The notes: a model not told the origin generated them from the letters alone. A stretch of DNA of 64,000 nt from an uncultured Gemmatimonadales bacterium (GCA_963798845.1 CAWCUS010000001.1:128001-192000); one strand, 5' to 3'; shown: positions 1 through 11,757, counted from the first letter of the stretch. Program-made: numbers and translations.

Positions 1-628
1 ACGAGGCGGTCACGCCGCCCGTGGTGGGGTTCGTCAGGATGGAGATGAAGGGGAGGTGCGCTTCGTGGAGCCGGGCCAGTGCCGCCGAGGTCTTCGCCAT
101 CTGCATCAGGGAGAGAATCCCCTCCATCATCCGGGCCCCGCCCGATGCGCTCACCACGATGAGCGGCTCGGACTCGGCCAGCGCGCGGCGGCCGGCGCGC
201 GTGATCTTCTCCCCCACCACGGAGCCCATGCTGCCGCCGATGAAGGCGAAGTCCATCACCGCCAGGTCCACCGCGATCCCGTCCAGCTCGCCGTAGCCGG
301 TGATCACGGCTTCGTTCCGGCCCGTCTTGCGCTCCGCGCTCCGTAGCCGCTCGGTGTACGGCTTCAGGTCACGGAAGCCGAGCGGGTCCGCGCTTCGCAT
401 GCGGGGCTCCGTCTCCGTGAAACTGTCCTCGTCCAGGAGCAGATCCACGTAGTCGCTGGCCACGATGCGATGATGGTGACCGCACGCGGGACAGACGAAC
501 AGGTTCTGCGCCAGCCTGTTGCGGTACAGGATCTCGCCGCAGTTCGGGCACTTGTCGAAGACGTCGCTCGGCAGCTCGCGCTTGTCCGCGGAAGTGAGCT
601 TCTGCTTTTCCTTCCGGAACCAGGCCAT
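1..628 (-). CDS. accD: Acetyl-CoA carboxylase carboxyltransferase beta subunit (3' end runs off the window)
   Basis: Manual translation from ATG 628: [11 protein letters not shown]...[10 protein letters not shown]...VCPACG zinc ribbon, [39 protein letters not shown]. Start overlaps the rodA stop (TGATG). Not in the ORF track because it has no stop in the window. Confidence 0.96.
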   Translation of the reverse strand, partial: MAWFRKEKQKLTSADKRELPSDVFDKCPNCGEILYRNRLAQNLFVCPACGHHHRIVASDYVDLLLDEDSFTETEPRMRSADPLGFRDLKPYTERLRSAERKTGRNEAVITGYGELDGIAVDLAVMDFAFIGGSMGSVVGEKITRAGRRALAESEPLIVVSASGGARMMEGILSLMQMAKTSAALARLHEAHLPFISILTNPTTGGVTAS

Positions 629-1875
629 CAGTACATCCTCGCCTGCTCGGCTGCGATGCGCTGCGCGAGTCCCATCGCCAGGAAGCTCGCCAGCAGGAAC
701 GACCCGCCGTAGCTGAGGAACGGCAGCGGAATCCCCGTCACGGGCATCACGCCGATCGTCATGCCGACATTCACGAGGATGTGTGCGAACCAGGCCCCGA
801 AGATACCGAACACCGCAATGCCGGCAAAGGGGTCCGACACCCGCTCGGCAATGCGCGCCAGCCGCCACAGGACCAGTCCGAAAGCCAGCAGGACGAGCGC
901 CGTGCCGACGAACCCCAGCTCTTCGCCGAGAACGCTGAAGATGAAATCCGTGTGCTGCTCGGGCAGGAACGCGAGGCGCTTCTGCGTTCCCTGGAGAAAG
1001 CCCTTCCCGAGCAGTCCGCCGCTCCCGATGGCCACCCGCGACTGGATCACGTTCCACCCCGCGCCGCGCGGGTCGACCATCGGGTCCAGGAACACCTCCA
1101 GCCTGGCTTTCTGGTACGGCTCGAGGGAGTTCCACAACGGCACCGCGATGGTGCCGGCCGCCAGGTTGGCACCTGCCACCAGCGCGCTCTCCCACAGGTA
1201 GAGCCGGTAGAAATAGAGGAAGGCGATGATGCCGAGCATGTAGGCGCTGAACACCCACGTCTGGAACGCGAGGAACAGCGCCACCAGGGGACTCACGAAC
1301 AGGAAGAGGATCCCTCCCGGCGTGCCTGCCCAGAAGAGGGTGGCCAGGAGCACCGCACCGAAAACCATGGCCGTGCCGAGGTCCGGCTGCAGGAGCACCA
1401 GCCCGAGCGGGATCGCCACGATGAGCACCGGCTTCCAGAGCGCGGCCAGCGAGCGTGGAGGCTCTCGCCAGCCACCCATCACCCGGGCGAGCATCAGGAT
1501 CGTGGCCAGGTTGGCGAACTGCGCGGGCTGGATGCTCAGACCGCCGAAGCGGAGCCAGCTCTTCACCCCCTGCGCCGTACCGGCGCCGGTGCCGATGACG
1601 AGCGTGAGCGCCAGCACCGCGAGGCTCAGGAAGTAGAGCGGTATCGCGGCCCACTCGAACCACTTGACCTCGATCCGCATGACCACGGCGAGGGCGACCA
1701 CGGAGGCGGCCAGGAACAACAGCTGCCGTTTCCAGGCATTCAGCACCGTCGGATTCGGCACGTCGACGCGGCCCGCGGAGAAGATCATGGCCACGCCCAG
1801 CAGCGCCAGCAGGAAGACGAGAACGAAGAGCGGAGGGTCTCCGAAGATGGCCCGGATCCGGTCGCCTATCGCCAT
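628..1875 (-). CDS. rodA: Rod shape-determining SEDS glycosyltransferase RodA
   Basis: Multi-TM SEDS motifs [38 protein letters not shown]; follows mrdA; start trimmed to MAIGDR. Confidence 0.95.
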   Translation of the reverse strand: MAIGDRIRAIFGDPPLFVLVFLLALLGVAMIFSAGRVDVPNPTVLNAWKRQLLFLAASVVALAVVMRIEVKWFEWAAIPLYFLSLAVLALTLVIGTGAGTAQGVKSWLRFGGLSIQPAQFANLATILMLARVMGGWREPPRSLAALWKPVLIVAIPLGLVLLQPDLGTAMVFGAVLLATLFWAGTPGGILFLFVSPLVALFLAFQTWVFSAYMLGIIAFLYFYRLYLWESALVAGANLAAGTIAVPLWNSLEPYQKARLEVFLDPMVDPRGAGWNVIQSRVAIGSGGLLGKGFLQGTQKRLAFLPEQHTDFIFSVLGEELGFVGTALVLLAFGLVLWRLARIAERVSDPFAGIAVFGIFGAWFAHILVNVGMTIGVMPVTGIPLPFLSYGGSFLLASFLAMGLAQRIAAEQARMY

Positions 1876-3716
1876 CGGGCCGCCCAGGGGGCGTACCGCC
1901 CCGATTCCCAGTGCTCCCGCAGCGTCTGTATGGTGTCCGTCGGCATCCCGTGCTTCTTTCGCAAGTAGTAGTCCGCGGCTTTCGCCGCGATCTGCGCCAC
2001 GTCGGAGCCGTGCCGCCCGCCCTCGATGATCACGGCCACGACGATCTGCGCCGGCGCACCCGGGGGTCCACCAATGCCCACGAACCAGCCGTGGTCCGGA
2101 CCGTGCGGGTTCTGCGCCGTACCCGTCTTCCCAAGCCAGTCCCAGTGCTCCAGCGCCGAGCCGGACGCCGTGCCGCCCTGGTGGATGACGCGCCGCAATC
2201 CTTCCCGCAGCCATCCCAGGTTCTCGGCGGAAAGATGCAGGTTGATGGAGTCGGCCGGCACCGACGCGGGCGAGTCGGCGACGACGTGGGGCGCCGGTGC
2301 GGACCCGTTCGTCGCCAGCGCCGAGTAGAACTGCGCCATCTTCAGCACCGTCTGGTCGTCGGCGCCCTGCCCGATGGCGAGGCTCAACACCTCCGCTTCC
2401 GTGGGTGACCACCCGAACCTACGCTCGTACCACGAGCGCCCCGCCGGGAAGTTCCCCGCGCGCTCGGCCGGGAGGTCGACGCCCGTGCGCCGGCTGAAGC
2501 CGAGGCGCGTACCCTCCTCCAGCATGCGATCGAGACCGATCTGCAGCCCGAGCTGGTAGAAGTAGACGTCGCACGAGTGCATGATGGCATCCGGCAGCGT
2601 CAACAACCCGTGGCCGGCCGGGTCCCAGCAGCGGAAGTAGCGGTTCCCGTACCGCATTCCTCCGCGGCATGCCAGCGGCATCGTCGTTTTCGGCGTCACG
2701 ATGCCGAGCTCGAGCCCGATGGCGGCGGTCGCCAGCTTCCACGTCGAGCCCGGTGGGTAGAGCCCCGTCAGCGCACGGTTGAGCAGGCGCTTGGTGGAGT
2801 CCTGGATCAACGTGTCCCAGTGCGACGGCGACACATAGCCGACGAGGGCGTTCGGGTCGAACGGCGGGGAGGAGTACAGCGCGAGAACCTCGCCCGTTCG
2901 GGGGTCCAGCGCCGCGAGCGCGCCCCGCAGCGTGTCGGAGATGATGCGCGCGACGTAGGCCTGGAGGTCGGTGTCGACGGTGAGCGCCAGCCAATGGCCA
3001 GGGACCGGCGTCCGGTCGTGCTGCGTGGGCAGCTCGCCGCGAATTCGCCCCAGCGCATCCACCTCCAGGTACCGGACGCCGGCCAGGCCCGCCAGCCGAT
3101 CCTCGTACCCGCGCTCCACGCCGGTCTTCCCCACCAGCTGACCGGAGTGGTAGCCGGGGAAGACGGAGTCCGCCAGCTCTCCCTCGCTGATCTCGCCGAC
3201 GTACCCCACCAGGTGCGCGGCCGCGCGGCCCAGCGGGTAGCTCCGTTTCGGCCCCATCTCGATGAGCAGCTCCGGGAACGATGTCCGCCGCTCCTCGAGC
3301 GCCGACAGCTGGTCGAACGACAGATCCGCCGACACCACCAGCGGCTGCTGCGGTCGGCGACGCTGGCGCTGGATCAGCGCGTCCACGTCTTCGGGGCTCA
3401 ACCCGAGGTAGGGCACCAAACGGTGCAGCGTGCTGCGCAGTGAGTCCACGGGAGCGGGCAGGAGCGACAGGGTGTAGCCGGGCAGGTTCTCCGCCATGAT
3501 CCGGCCGTTCCGGTCCACGATGGTCCCGCGCGCTGCGGGCAGACCGATCGGCCGCAGCCGGTTCCGGTCCGACTGCATTGCATAGGCCGGGTTCCGGACC
3601 ACCTGCGCGTTGAAGAACGACAGGAGCAGTACGCCCAGGAGCGCGAACGTGGCTCCCAGCGCACCGCGGGCCCGGCGGCGCCGCTCGTGCAGATGAAATG
3701 TTTGAAGGTCCGGCAC
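1866..3716 (-). CDS. mrdA: Penicillin-binding protein 2
   Basis: N-terminal [15 protein letters not shown] (SxxK), SCD (SxN-like), KTG motifs; mre operon context. Confidence 0.95.
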   Translation of the reverse strand: MPDLQTFHLHERRRRARGALGATFALLGVLLLSFFNAQVVRNPAYAMQSDRNRLRPIGLPAARGTIVDRNGRIMAENLPGYTLSLLPAPVDSLRSTLHRLVPYLGLSPEDVDALIQRQRRRPQQPLVVSADLSFDQLSALEERRTSFPELLIEMGPKRSYPLGRAAAHLVGYVGEISEGELADSVFPGYHSGQLVGKTGVERGYEDRLAGLAGVRYLEVDALGRIRGELPTQHDRTPVPGHWLALTVDTDLQAYVARIISDTLRGALAALDPRTGEVLALYSSPPFDPNALVGYVSPSHWDTLIQDSTKRLLNRALTGLYPPGSTWKLATAAIGLELGIVTPKTTMPLACRGGMRYGNRYFRCWDPAGHGLLTLPDAIMHSCDVYFYQLGLQIGLDRMLEEGTRLGFSRRTGVDLPAERAGNFPAGRSWYERRFGWSPTEAEVLSLAIGQGADDQTVLKMAQFYSALATNGSAPAPHVVADSPASVPADSINLHLSAENLGWLREGLRRVIHQGGTASGSALEHWDWLGKTGTAQNPHGPDHGWFVGIGGPPGAPAQIVVAVIIEGGRHGSDVAQIAAKAADYYLRKKHGMPTDTIQTLREHWESGRYAPWAARWR

Positions 3717-3741
3717 GCTACCGCACGGTGCGTCGGGGCGG

Positions 3742-4215
3742 CTAGCGCCGGATCGATCGGTAGACCATCACCGCGACCACGCCGGCTGCAGCCGAATACA
3801 GGGACCAGAGAGGGGCCGAAACCAGCAGCGAACTCACCGCGCCGCTCCGGCGAGACCCCTCCGCCAGGAGGTAGTATAGCGCGTCCCGCAGCCAGCAGCC
3901 CAGGAACAGGTAGGCGCCGAGGAAGATCGTGGTCTCCCCGACGAACAGGTCACGGGATCGGGCGCCCAGGTACCCCGTCACCGTCTCCGCCGCCGCGGCG
4001 GCCCCGAACGCCACCACGGAGACCGCGTCCTCCAGAAGGCCGAGGGCGAACCCCAGGGCGGCCGCCCCACCTCCCGGGAGCTGCCGCGCGCCCAGCAGCA
4101 CTGCCACGGTGAGGAGATCGGGCGCCCGGGCTCCCAGCCCCAGGCTGAGGTGCAGCAGGAAGTGCAGCACCAGCAGGCCCACGATCATCGCCCAGAACGG
4201 CCAGCCCCCCTTCAC
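3742..4215 (-). CDS. mreD: Rod shape-determining protein MreD
   Basis: Hydrophobic ~157 aa with PDLL and GLLED motifs between mreC and mrdA; GTG start overlaps the mreC stop (GTGA). Confidence 0.88.
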   Translation of the reverse strand: MKGGWPFWAMIVGLLVLHFLLHLSLGLGARAPDLLTVAVLLGARQLPGGGAAALGFALGLLEDAVSVVAFGAAAAAETVTGYLGARSRDLFVGETTIFLGAYLFLGCWLRDALYYLLAEGSRRSGAVSSLLVSAPLWSLYSAAAGVVAVMVYRSIRR

Positions 4216-5099
4216 TGTCCCCCTCTTCCATCGGCGCTGTCCGCCAGCGGCAGGCCCGAGCTCCACAGGCCGGTCAGGTCACCGTCACCGCGAGCCGTGC
4301 TCAGGCCCACCAGCACGTGGGTCACCGCCTCCGGCCGCACGGCCGGGCGCAGGAGATAGCTCTTTCGCCACCCCGTGTCCGCCTCCTCGATCCCGAGCAC
4401 GGTCCCCAGCAGGATCCCGCGTGGGTAGACACCCCCGCGTCCTGACGTGACGATCCGGGTTCCCGGCTGCACGTCCACGTGGAAGGGGGCGCCCACCAGC
4501 GCGAGCTCGTCCTCCTCACGGTATTCCCCGCGCCGGGACTCGACGATTCCGTACGCCTCGCCGTCTGCGGTCATGGCGCTCGCCCGGAAGTCCGGGTGCG
4601 TCCAGTCGATCCCCTGCGACCAGCTCGGTCCCACTTCCTGGACCACGCCCAGCAGGCCGGACGATGCCACCACCGGGCTTCCGACGACCACCCCGTCCTC
4701 CCGCCCCACGTCCAGAAGGAAGCCGCTCTCGCCACCCACCGTCCCCACCCGGACGACCTCGGCCGGCACGAACGACTTCGGCGCCCGTTCCCGCAGTCCG
4801 AGCAGCTGACGCAGGCGACGGTTCTCCTCGGCGAGGCTCGCCTGCGCCGCCACCACCACCAGCAGCGAGTCCCGTTGGGCACGCAGCGCCGTCACGTCCA
4901 CGGAGCGAACCCCGCTCTTCACCAGCCGCGCCTGCGTCCATATGAACGGACGCAGGACGGTGGACTGCACCCCGTGTCGGATGGTCGTGCGGTAGCCCGG
5001 GGGGAGGAACATCAGGAAGAGGGCCAGCACCAGGAGCGCCGCCGCGGCACCCATCTCCCGCCAGCGGCCGCGGGGTTTCCGATCGAAGTAATCGACCAC
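4212..5099 (-). CDS. mreC: Rod shape-determining protein MreC
   Basis: N-terminal TM, coiled coil ENRRLRQLL, TSGRGGVYPRGI motif. Confidence 0.93.
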   Translation of the reverse strand: MVDYFDRKPRGRWREMGAAAALLVLALFLMFLPPGYRTTIRHGVQSTVLRPFIWTQARLVKSGVRSVDVTALRAQRDSLLVVVAAQASLAEENRRLRQLLGLRERAPKSFVPAEVVRVGTVGGESGFLLDVGREDGVVVGSPVVASSGLLGVVQEVGPSWSQGIDWTHPDFRASAMTADGEAYGIVESRRGEYREEDELALVGAPFHVDVQPGTRIVTSGRGGVYPRGILLGTVLGIEEADTGWRKSYLLRPAVRPEAVTHVLVGLSTARGDGDLTGLWSSGLPLADSADGRGGQ

Positions 5100-5115
5100 G
5101 TGGCTGCGACGCCGC

Positions 5116-6147
5116 TCAGGCGGCCAGAACGCTTCGGTAGCGCGGCAGGTCGTCGAGGATGCGCCCTGCCCCGCGCACCACGCACGTCAGCGGCTCCTCG
5201 TCCACGTGGATCGGGAGGTTGGTCTCGTGCGCGAGTAGCTGGTCCAACCCCCGGATCAGCGCCCCTCCGCCCGTCATGATGATGCCCCGATCCACGATGT
5301 CGGAAGCCAGCTCGGGAGGTGTGATCTCCAGGGCACGCCGGACCGCATCGACGATCTGCTGGATCGGCTCCTGGATGCACTCCCGGATCTCCTGCGAGTG
5401 CACCCGCACCGTCTTCGGGATTCCGCTGACCAGGTCCCTCCCCTTCACTTCCATCTCCCGCTCCTCGCCGCTCGTGAACGCGGAGCCGATCTGGATCTTG
5501 ATCGCCTCCGCCGTGGGCTCCCCGATCAGCAGGTTGTAGTTCTTCCTCAGGAACGTGACGATGGCGCTGTCGATTTCGTCCCCACCAACCCGGATCGAGG
5601 TGTCGCTCACGATTCCGTTGAGCGCGATCACTGCAATTTCCGTGGTGCCGCCCCCGATATCGATCACCATGTTACCGGTGGGCGTGTCCACGGGGAGCCC
5701 GACGCCGATCGCCGCCGCCATCGGCTCCGCCACCATGTACACTTCCTTCGCGCCCGCCGCGGCCGCGCTGGAGCGGACGGCCCGGCGCTCCAGCTCCGTG
5801 ATCCCGGACGGTACGCCCACCACCACGCGCGGCTTGATCCGGAAGATCCGCTTGGATGTGACCTGCCGCAGGAAATGGCGCAGCATCACTTCCGTGATGT
5901 CCACGTCGGCGATCACACCGTCCTTGAGCGGACGGATGGCGATGATCCCCTCTGGCGTACGGCCCAGCATCCGCTTGGCCTCCAGCCCGATCCCCTTGAT
6001 CCTGCTGGTGCCCCGCTCCACGGCCACCACCGAGGGCTCGTTCAGGACGATTCCCTCACCTTTGACGTAGACGAGCGTGTTGGCGGTCCCGAGATCTACG
6101 GCGATGTCGTTGACCGGGATGAGCCCGGCGGTCAGCCAGCTAGGCAG
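5116..6147 (-). CDS. mreB: Actin-like rod shape protein MreB (probable CTG start)
   Basis: DLGTANT, NEPSVVA, EPMAAAIG, DIGGGTT, TGGGAL. Start placed at CTG 6147, 8 nt after a GGAG SD. Confidence 0.96.
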   Translation of the reverse strand: MPSWLTAGLIPVNDIAVDLGTANTLVYVKGEGIVLNEPSVVAVERGTSRIKGIGLEAKRMLGRTPEGIIAIRPLKDGVIADVDITEVMLRHFLRQVTSKRIFRIKPRVVVGVPSGITELERRAVRSSAAAAGAKEVYMVAEPMAAAIGVGLPVDTPTGNMVIDIGGGTTEIAVIALNGIVSDTSIRVGGDEIDSAIVTFLRKNYNLLIGEPTAEAIKIQIGSAFTSGEEREMEVKGRDLVSGIPKTVRVHSQEIRECIQEPIQQIVDAVRRALEITPPELASDIVDRGIIMTGGGALIRGLDQLLAHETNLPIHVDEEPLTCVVRGAGRILDDLPRYRSVLAA

Positions 6148-6230
6148 TGGATCGTCTCCCCACCGGCGCAGAGCCGGTCCGTGTGTTGTGCCATGGATGC
6201 GCCCCGGTCGGAGCCCGAGCGGCCGGCTGC

Positions 6231-6259
6231 AAACTAGGCGCACTCCATTCCTTCGGCAA
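6231..6259 (-). promoter_or_regulatory. Sigma-70-type promoter of the mreB operon
   Basis: TTGCCG-N17-TAGTTT on the minus strand in the dut-mreB spacer. Confidence 0.55.
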
Positions 6260-6278
6260 GCTGGTGATGGGCTTGTTT

Positions 6279-6746
6279 TTAGCGCCCCGTGCTGCCGAAT
6301 CCTCCGCTCCCGCGCTCCGTCTCCGGGAGCGACTCCGCCTCCTCCCACCGGATTCGCACCACGCGCGCGAGCACGAGCTGGGCTACCCTCTCGCCGTGGG
6401 CAATCTCCTGCGGACCCGCGTCGTGGTTGATCACCGGGACCTTCAGTTCTCCGCGGTAGTCGCTGTCGATCGTACCTGGGGAGTTGATCAGACCGATGCC
6501 GCGGCGGATCGCCAGCCCCGAGCGCGGCCGGACCTGCGCCTCCATTCCCGACGGCAGCGCGATGGCCAGCCCCGTGGGCACGAGCACCCGCTCCCCCGGC
6601 CCCAGCATCAGCCCCGGCCCCACGTTGCGCAGGTCCACCGCCGCCGCGCCCGGGGTCGCGTACTCCGGCAGCCCCCACTCCTGCGGGTAATGCGGCAGCC
6701 GCCGCACCTGCACCCGCGCCGCTTCGTCTCGCGCCTCTGCGTCCAC
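6279..6746 (-). CDS. dut: dUTP diphosphatase
   Basis: AAAVDL, VPTG, QVRPRSGLA, GTIDSDYRGE, RGSGGFGSTG; GTG start after GGAGG. Confidence 0.95.
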   Translation of the reverse strand: MDAEARDEAARVQVRRLPHYPQEWGLPEYATPGAAAVDLRNVGPGLMLGPGERVLVPTGLAIALPSGMEAQVRPRSGLAIRRGIGLINSPGTIDSDYRGELKVPVINHDAGPQEIAHGERVAQLVLARVVRIRWEEAESLPETERGSGGFGSTGR

Positions 6747-6930
6747 CGTCACGACCTCCCTCCCGAATGCGGGACGGCGCCCCGGGGCGCGGCCAGCCGG
6801 CCGCCGTCCGGAGCGCCTTCTCCCCCGCCCCAGCCAGGCTCCCTCGACCCGACCGCCGGGGCCGGCTACGCGTGCGAGCCCGACCGTCGGTTCGACGACG
6901 GGCCCGGCGCCGATGTCGAGGGCGGGCTCG

Positions 6931-8043
6931 TCAGAGCACGTCCTCCACCGCGGTGTACTCCAGATCGAAAGCCTCGGCGACACCCGGATACGTGACCTTG
7001 CCGCGGACGACGTTCAGCCCGAGTGCCAGCGCACGGTCCTCGCGGCAGGCCTGCTCCCAGCCCTTGGCCGCCAGCTTGAACGCGTAGGGGAAGGTGGCGT
7101 TCGTGAGCGCCAGAGTGGACGTGCGCGCCACGCCGCCGGGCATGTTCGCCACCCCGTAGTGGATCACGCCGTCGATGGTGTAGATCGGGTTCTCGTGCGT
7201 GGTCGCCTTGATGGTCTCGACGCACCCGCCCTGGTCCACGGCCACGTCCACGATCACCGACCCGGCCTTCATCAGCTTCAGGTCCTCACGCCGCACCAGG
7301 TGCGGAGCACGGGCGCCCGGAAGCAGAACGGCCCCGATGAGGAGATCGGCTCGCTCGAGCCAGTTGAGAATGTTGTGGCGGTTGGAATACACCAGCTGAA
7401 CGTTCGCCGGCATCACCTCCGAGAGGTAGCGCAGGCGGTTCAGCGAGACGTCGAGCATGATGACCTGCGCGCCGAGACCCGCGGCCATCCTCGCCGCGTT
7501 CGTCCCGACCACCCCGCCACCCAGCACAACCACCGTGGCGGGCTCTACACCCGGAACGCCGCCCAGCAGCACGCCCCGGCCGCCGTGCAGCTTCTCCAGG
7601 TACTTCGCCCCCTCCTGCACCGCCATACGCCCCGCCACCTCGCTCATGGGCGTGAGCAGCGGCAGTTCGCCCGTGGGCAGCTGCACCGTCTCGTACGCGT
7701 TCGCAATGGCGCCCGAGTCGATCACCGCCGCCGTCAGCTCCTCGGCCGCGGCGAAGTGGAAGTAGGTGAACATGAGCTGCCCTTCGCGCATGCGCGGCCA
7801 CTCCACCTCGATGGGCTCCTTCACCTTGATGATCATGTCGGCCCGCTCCCAGACGTCGTCGGGCGTGTCCACCTGCTCGGCGCCCGTGGACACGTACTGC
7901 TCGTCCGTGAAGCCCGACCCCGTCCCGGCGCCCTTCTCCACCAGCACCGTGTGGCCCGCGTGCACCAGTGCCTCAGACCCGGCCGGCACCAGCGCCACCC
8001 GGTTCTCGTTCGTCTTGATCTCCTTCGGAACCCCAATGATCAT
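6931..8043 (-). CDS. ald: Alanine dehydrogenase
   Basis: [44 protein letters not shown]. Confidence 0.96.
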   Translation of the reverse strand: MIIGVPKEIKTNENRVALVPAGSEALVHAGHTVLVEKGAGTGSGFTDEQYVSTGAEQVDTPDDVWERADMIIKVKEPIEVEWPRMREGQLMFTYFHFAAAEELTAAVIDSGAIANAYETVQLPTGELPLLTPMSEVAGRMAVQEGAKYLEKLHGGRGVLLGGVPGVEPATVVVLGGGVVGTNAARMAAGLGAQVIMLDVSLNRLRYLSEVMPANVQLVYSNRHNILNWLERADLLIGAVLLPGARAPHLVRREDLKLMKAGSVIVDVAVDQGGCVETIKATTHENPIYTIDGVIHYGVANMPGGVARTSTLALTNATFPYAFKLAAKGWEQACREDRALALGLNVVRGKVTYPGVAEAFDLEYTAVEDVL

Positions 8044-8058
8044 CGCCCTCTGCTCCTG

Positions 8059-9297
8059 TTAATGGGCCGGGCCGAGCCGGACCGTCAGCCACTTCGCCGG
8101 GTCCAGGTGCGCGGCCGCGATCTCAGCCGTTTCAGCCTGCGTGACTGCATCAATGCGCGCCGTCAGCTCATCCACGCTCCGCTGCGGCTCGCCGTTCAGC
8201 TCCTGCATGGCCAGGCGGTGCATCCGGCCGCCGGGCGACTCCATCCCCAGCACCATCTGCCCTTTCACCTGCCCCTTCGCATCCGCCAGCTCGGCGGGCG
8301 AAAGTCCGTCCCGGACCAGCTCGCCCAGCTCCTGGCGGATCACCTCTACTGCCCGGTCCGCCCATTCCGGGCGCGTTCCCACGTAAACGCCCGCCGCGCC
8401 GGCGGCGCGGTAGAAGGACTGAAACGTGTACACCGAGTAGGCAAGGCCCAGCTCTTCTCGCACCCGCTGGAACAGGCGCGAGCTCATGCCGCCACCGAGG
8501 GCGTTCGACAGGAGGATCAGCCCGAAACGGCGCGGATCCGCGTGCGGGACCGTGCGGCCGCCCATGACGATCTGCGCCTGCGCGCCCTCCCGCTCGATCC
8601 GCTGCTCCGCCGGCTCCAGCGGCGGCGGCGGCGCCACGGGCGAAGGGTCCTGCCCGTTCGGCACGGTCTCGAACAATCGGGCGGCGGCGGCGACCATGGC
8701 CGCGTGATCCACGGCCCCGGCGGCAGCCAGCACCAGGTTCGGGCGGCGGTAGCGCGCCTCGTGCACCCGCCGGAGCATCTCGGCGGTCATCCCGCCGACC
8801 GTCTCGCGCGTCCCCAGGATGCTGTGGCCGTATGGGTGGTCCGGCCACAGGGCGTCATTGTGGAGCTCGAAGACCAGGTCGTCCGGCGTGTCCTCCACGG
8901 TCGAGATCTCCTCGAGCACCACCTCCCGCTCCAGCGCGAGGTCTTCCGGACGGAGCGCCGGAGAGGCCACCATGTCGGCCAGGACGTCCAGCGCCACTTC
9001 CGCGTGCTCCGCCAGCACCCGGGCCTGGAAGCTGGTGTGCTCCCGGGACGTGTAGGCGTCCAGCGACCCGCCCAGCCGCTCCAGCACCAGCGCGATGTCC
9101 CTGGCGCTGCGACGGCCGGTGCCCTTGAACACCATGTGCTCGAGCAGGTGCGCCGCCCCCTGCTCCGCCGGCGCCTCGTGCGCCGACCCGTACCGGACCC
9201 AAACGCCGACGGAGGCCGAGCGAACCCCTGACATGTGCTGGGTCAGGACGCTCAGGCCTCCGTCGAGTTGGCTCCGGTCGATGCGGTCGTCGCTCAA
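8059..9297 (-). CDS. M16 family (pitrilysin-like) zinc peptidase
   Basis: Inverted zinc motif [25 protein letters not shown]; usual position downstream of pnp; TTG start. Confidence 0.9.
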   Translation of the reverse strand: MSDDRIDRSQLDGGLSVLTQHMSGVRSASVGVWVRYGSAHEAPAEQGAAHLLEHMVFKGTGRRSARDIALVLERLGGSLDAYTSREHTSFQARVLAEHAEVALDVLADMVASPALRPEDLALEREVVLEEISTVEDTPDDLVFELHNDALWPDHPYGHSILGTRETVGGMTAEMLRRVHEARYRRPNLVLAAAGAVDHAAMVAAAARLFETVPNGQDPSPVAPPPPLEPAEQRIEREGAQAQIVMGGRTVPHADPRRFGLILLSNALGGGMSSRLFQRVREELGLAYSVYTFQSFYRAAGAAGVYVGTRPEWADRAVEVIRQELGELVRDGLSPAELADAKGQVKGQMVLGMESPGGRMHRLAMQELNGEPQRSVDELTARIDAVTQAETAEIAAAHLDPAKWLTVRLGPAH

Positions 9298-9310
9298 CCG
9301 AACGCCCTCA

Positions 9311-11410
9311 TCACCCCTCGAGCTCTTCCAGCGCGGCCTTCCGCGACAGACGGAGCCGACCCTTCTCGTCAATGGCGAGGAGCTTGACCTTCGTGACGTC
9401 GCCCACCTTCAGCACGTCCTCCGTCTTCTCCGTCCGCCCGGACTGGAGCTCCGAGATGTGGCACAGGCCCTCCGTGCCCGGGGTGATCTCCACGAACGCG
9501 CCGAACGACGTCGTGGTCTTCACGACGCCCTCGTAGATCCGCCCCACCTCGGGCTCCTCCACGATCGCTTCCACCATCTGCTTCGCCCGCTCGCCACCCT
9601 CCCCGCCCGGGCTCGAGATCATGACCGTGCCATCGTCGTTGATGTCGATCTTGGCACCCGTCTCGTCCTGGATCCCGCGGATCGTCTTCCCCTTCGGGCC
9701 GATCACCTCGCCGATCTTCTCGGGGTTGATGTGGATCGTGATGATCCGCGGCGCGAACTCGCTCAGCTCGCTCCGACCCTCCTTGATCGCGCCGTCCATC
9801 ACGTCCAGGATGTGCAGCCTGGCCTTGCGCGCACGCTGCAGCGCCTCCTTCATGATGGCCACCGTGAGCCCCTCGATCTTGATGTCCATCTGGATCGAGG
9901 TCACGCCCTCACGCGTGCCCGCCACCTTGAAATCCATGTCCCCGAGCGCGTCCTCCACGCCCAGGATGTCCGTCAGCACCGCGACCTGGTCGCCCTCCTT
10001 GATCAGCCCCATGGCGATCCCCGCCACCGCTGCCTTCATCGGAACGCCCGCGTCCATCAACGACAGGCTCGCCGAACAGACGGTGGCCATGGAGCTCGAC
10101 CCGTTCGATTCCAGGATCTCGCTCACCACCCGGATCGTGTACGGGAAGTCCTCGTACGCCGGCAGCAGCGGCTGGACGGCTCGCTCTGCCAGGTGGCCGT
10201 GGCCGATCTCCCTGCGGCTCGTGCCCCGGATCGGCTTCGCCTCACCTGTCGAGAAGGGCGGGAAATTGTAGTGCAGCATGAACGACTTCGACGTCTCCGC
10301 CGGCACGTCCACCGTGTCCACCCGCTGCTCGTCCGCGCTCGTCCCAAGCGTCACAACACCCAGGGACTGCGTCTGCCCGCGCGTGAACAGAGCCGACCCG
10401 TGCACGCGCGGCAATATGCCGACCTCGGCCGTGATTTCGCGGACGTCGTCCAGGCCCCGGCCGTCGATCCGCTTCCCCGTCTCCAGCACCTGCCGGCGCA
10501 TGAGCTGCTTCTCCGTGGACCGGAGGTGCGCCTTGATCGCCGACTCGTGCTCCGCTTCGCCGAACTCCCCGCTCAGCTCCGCCAGAACCTCGTCCCGGAC
10601 CAGCGTCAGCGCCTCGTTGCGCGCGGCCTTGTCCTCCACGTTCAGCGCCTCGCGCACCCGGGCCAACGCCACACTCTCCACACGCGTCCGCAGGTCCTCG
10701 GGCACGGCCACGTCCGGCGACCAGGCCATCTCTTCCGGCACGTCGAGCGTCGAGAGGACCTCCTTCTGGATCCCGATCAGCTCCTTGATCCCGGCGTGCG
10801 CCGCCTCCAGCGCCTCCACCAGGTCCTCCTCCGGAACCTCCAGCGTGCCGCCCTCCACCATCGTGATGGCGTTCTCCGTCCCAGCCACGATCAGGTCGAC
10901 ATCGCTGTACTCCAGCTGCTCGAACGTAGGGTTCAGCACCCACTGCTCGTTCAGCCGACCGATCCGCACCGACGCCACCGGCGTGCTGAACGGGATCTTC
11001 GACATGTTCAACGACAGCGATGCGCCCAGCATCGCCGGGACGTCGCCGTTGTTCTGCTGGTCCGCACTCACGACGTAGATCACGATCTGCGTCTCGTGCA
11101 TGAAGCCATCCGGGAACAGCGGACGCAGCGGCCGGTCGATCAGCCGCGCCGTCAGGATCTCCGTGTCGCTCGGACGACCCTCCCGCTTGATGAACCCGCC
11201 CGGGTACTTGCCGGCCGCGTACATCTTTTCCCGGTACTCCACCGTCATCGGGAAGAACGGCAGGTGCGTCGGCGAGTCCTGCACCGTCGCCGCACAGATC
11301 ACCGTGGTTTCCCCGTACTGCACCAGCGCCGACCCATGGGCCTGCCGCGCCATCTTCCCCGTCTCGATCACCAGCTTCCGGCCGGCGAACTCCCGCTCCA
11401 CTCTCTTCAT
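9311..11410 (-). CDS. pnp: Polyribonucleotide nucleotidyltransferase (PNPase)
   Basis: GGFIKREGRP, RREIGHG, ESNGSSSMA, GDMDFKVAGT, KH and S1 domains. Confidence 0.98.
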   Translation of the reverse strand: MKRVEREFAGRKLVIETGKMARQAHGSALVQYGETTVICAATVQDSPTHLPFFPMTVEYREKMYAAGKYPGGFIKREGRPSDTEILTARLIDRPLRPLFPDGFMHETQIVIYVVSADQQNNGDVPAMLGASLSLNMSKIPFSTPVASVRIGRLNEQWVLNPTFEQLEYSDVDLIVAGTENAITMVEGGTLEVPEEDLVEALEAAHAGIKELIGIQKEVLSTLDVPEEMAWSPDVAVPEDLRTRVESVALARVREALNVEDKAARNEALTLVRDEVLAELSGEFGEAEHESAIKAHLRSTEKQLMRRQVLETGKRIDGRGLDDVREITAEVGILPRVHGSALFTRGQTQSLGVVTLGTSADEQRVDTVDVPAETSKSFMLHYNFPPFSTGEAKPIRGTSRREIGHGHLAERAVQPLLPAYEDFPYTIRVVSEILESNGSSSMATVCSASLSLMDAGVPMKAAVAGIAMGLIKEGDQVAVLTDILGVEDALGDMDFKVAGTREGVTSIQMDIKIEGLTVAIMKEALQRARKARLHILDVMDGAIKEGRSELSEFAPRIITIHINPEKIGEVIGPKGKTIRGIQDETGAKIDINDDGTVMISSPGGEGGERAKQMVEAIVEEPEVGRIYEGVVKTTTSFGAFVEITPGTEGLCHISELQSGRTEKTEDVLKVGDVTKVKLLAIDEKGRLRLSRKAALEELEG

Positions 11411-11496
11411 GCTCTGGCTTGCCTTTCGCTTACCGCATTCCGCACCCGGCCGCCCCCCGGCGTCCGGGCTGTCGACCATGACCTCCCCGCCCGCCC

Positions 11497-11757
11497 TCAG
11501 TGCCGCAGGCCGAGGTCCTCGATCAGTCCTCTGTACTTCTCCAGGTCCGTCCGCCGCAGGTAATCCAGCAGACGACGACGACGCCCAACCATCTTGAGCA
11601 GCCCACGCCGGCTGTGGTGGTCCTTCATGTGCTTGCGGAAATGATCGGTGAGATCGTTGATGCGCGCCGTCAGGATTGCGACCTGCACCGGCGCGCTCCC
11701 CCTGTCGGTGGGATGGAGCTGGTACTTCTTGATGATGTCTTCTTTCTCGATGGCCAT
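11497..11757 (-). CDS. rpsO: 30S ribosomal protein S15
   Basis: [33 protein letters not shown]. Confidence 0.98.
   Translation of the reverse strand: MAIEKEDIIKKYQLHPTDRGSAPVQVAILTARINDLTDHFRKHMKDHHSRRGLLKMVGRRRRLLDYLRRTDLEKYRGLIEDLGLRH

Noticed and set aside
5116..6678. N-terminal extensions in the ORF track (mreB, and likewise rodA, ribF, rseP, murA)
   Set aside because: Artefacts of choosing the most upstream start; the extensions overlap neighbouring real genes or promoters.
6760..6930. GC-rich inverted repeats between ald and dut (GAGCCCG...CGGGCTC)
   Set aside because: Plausible 3' stabilising hairpin, but no U-tract, no second copy noticed and no RNA family motif; such pairing is expected at this GC content.
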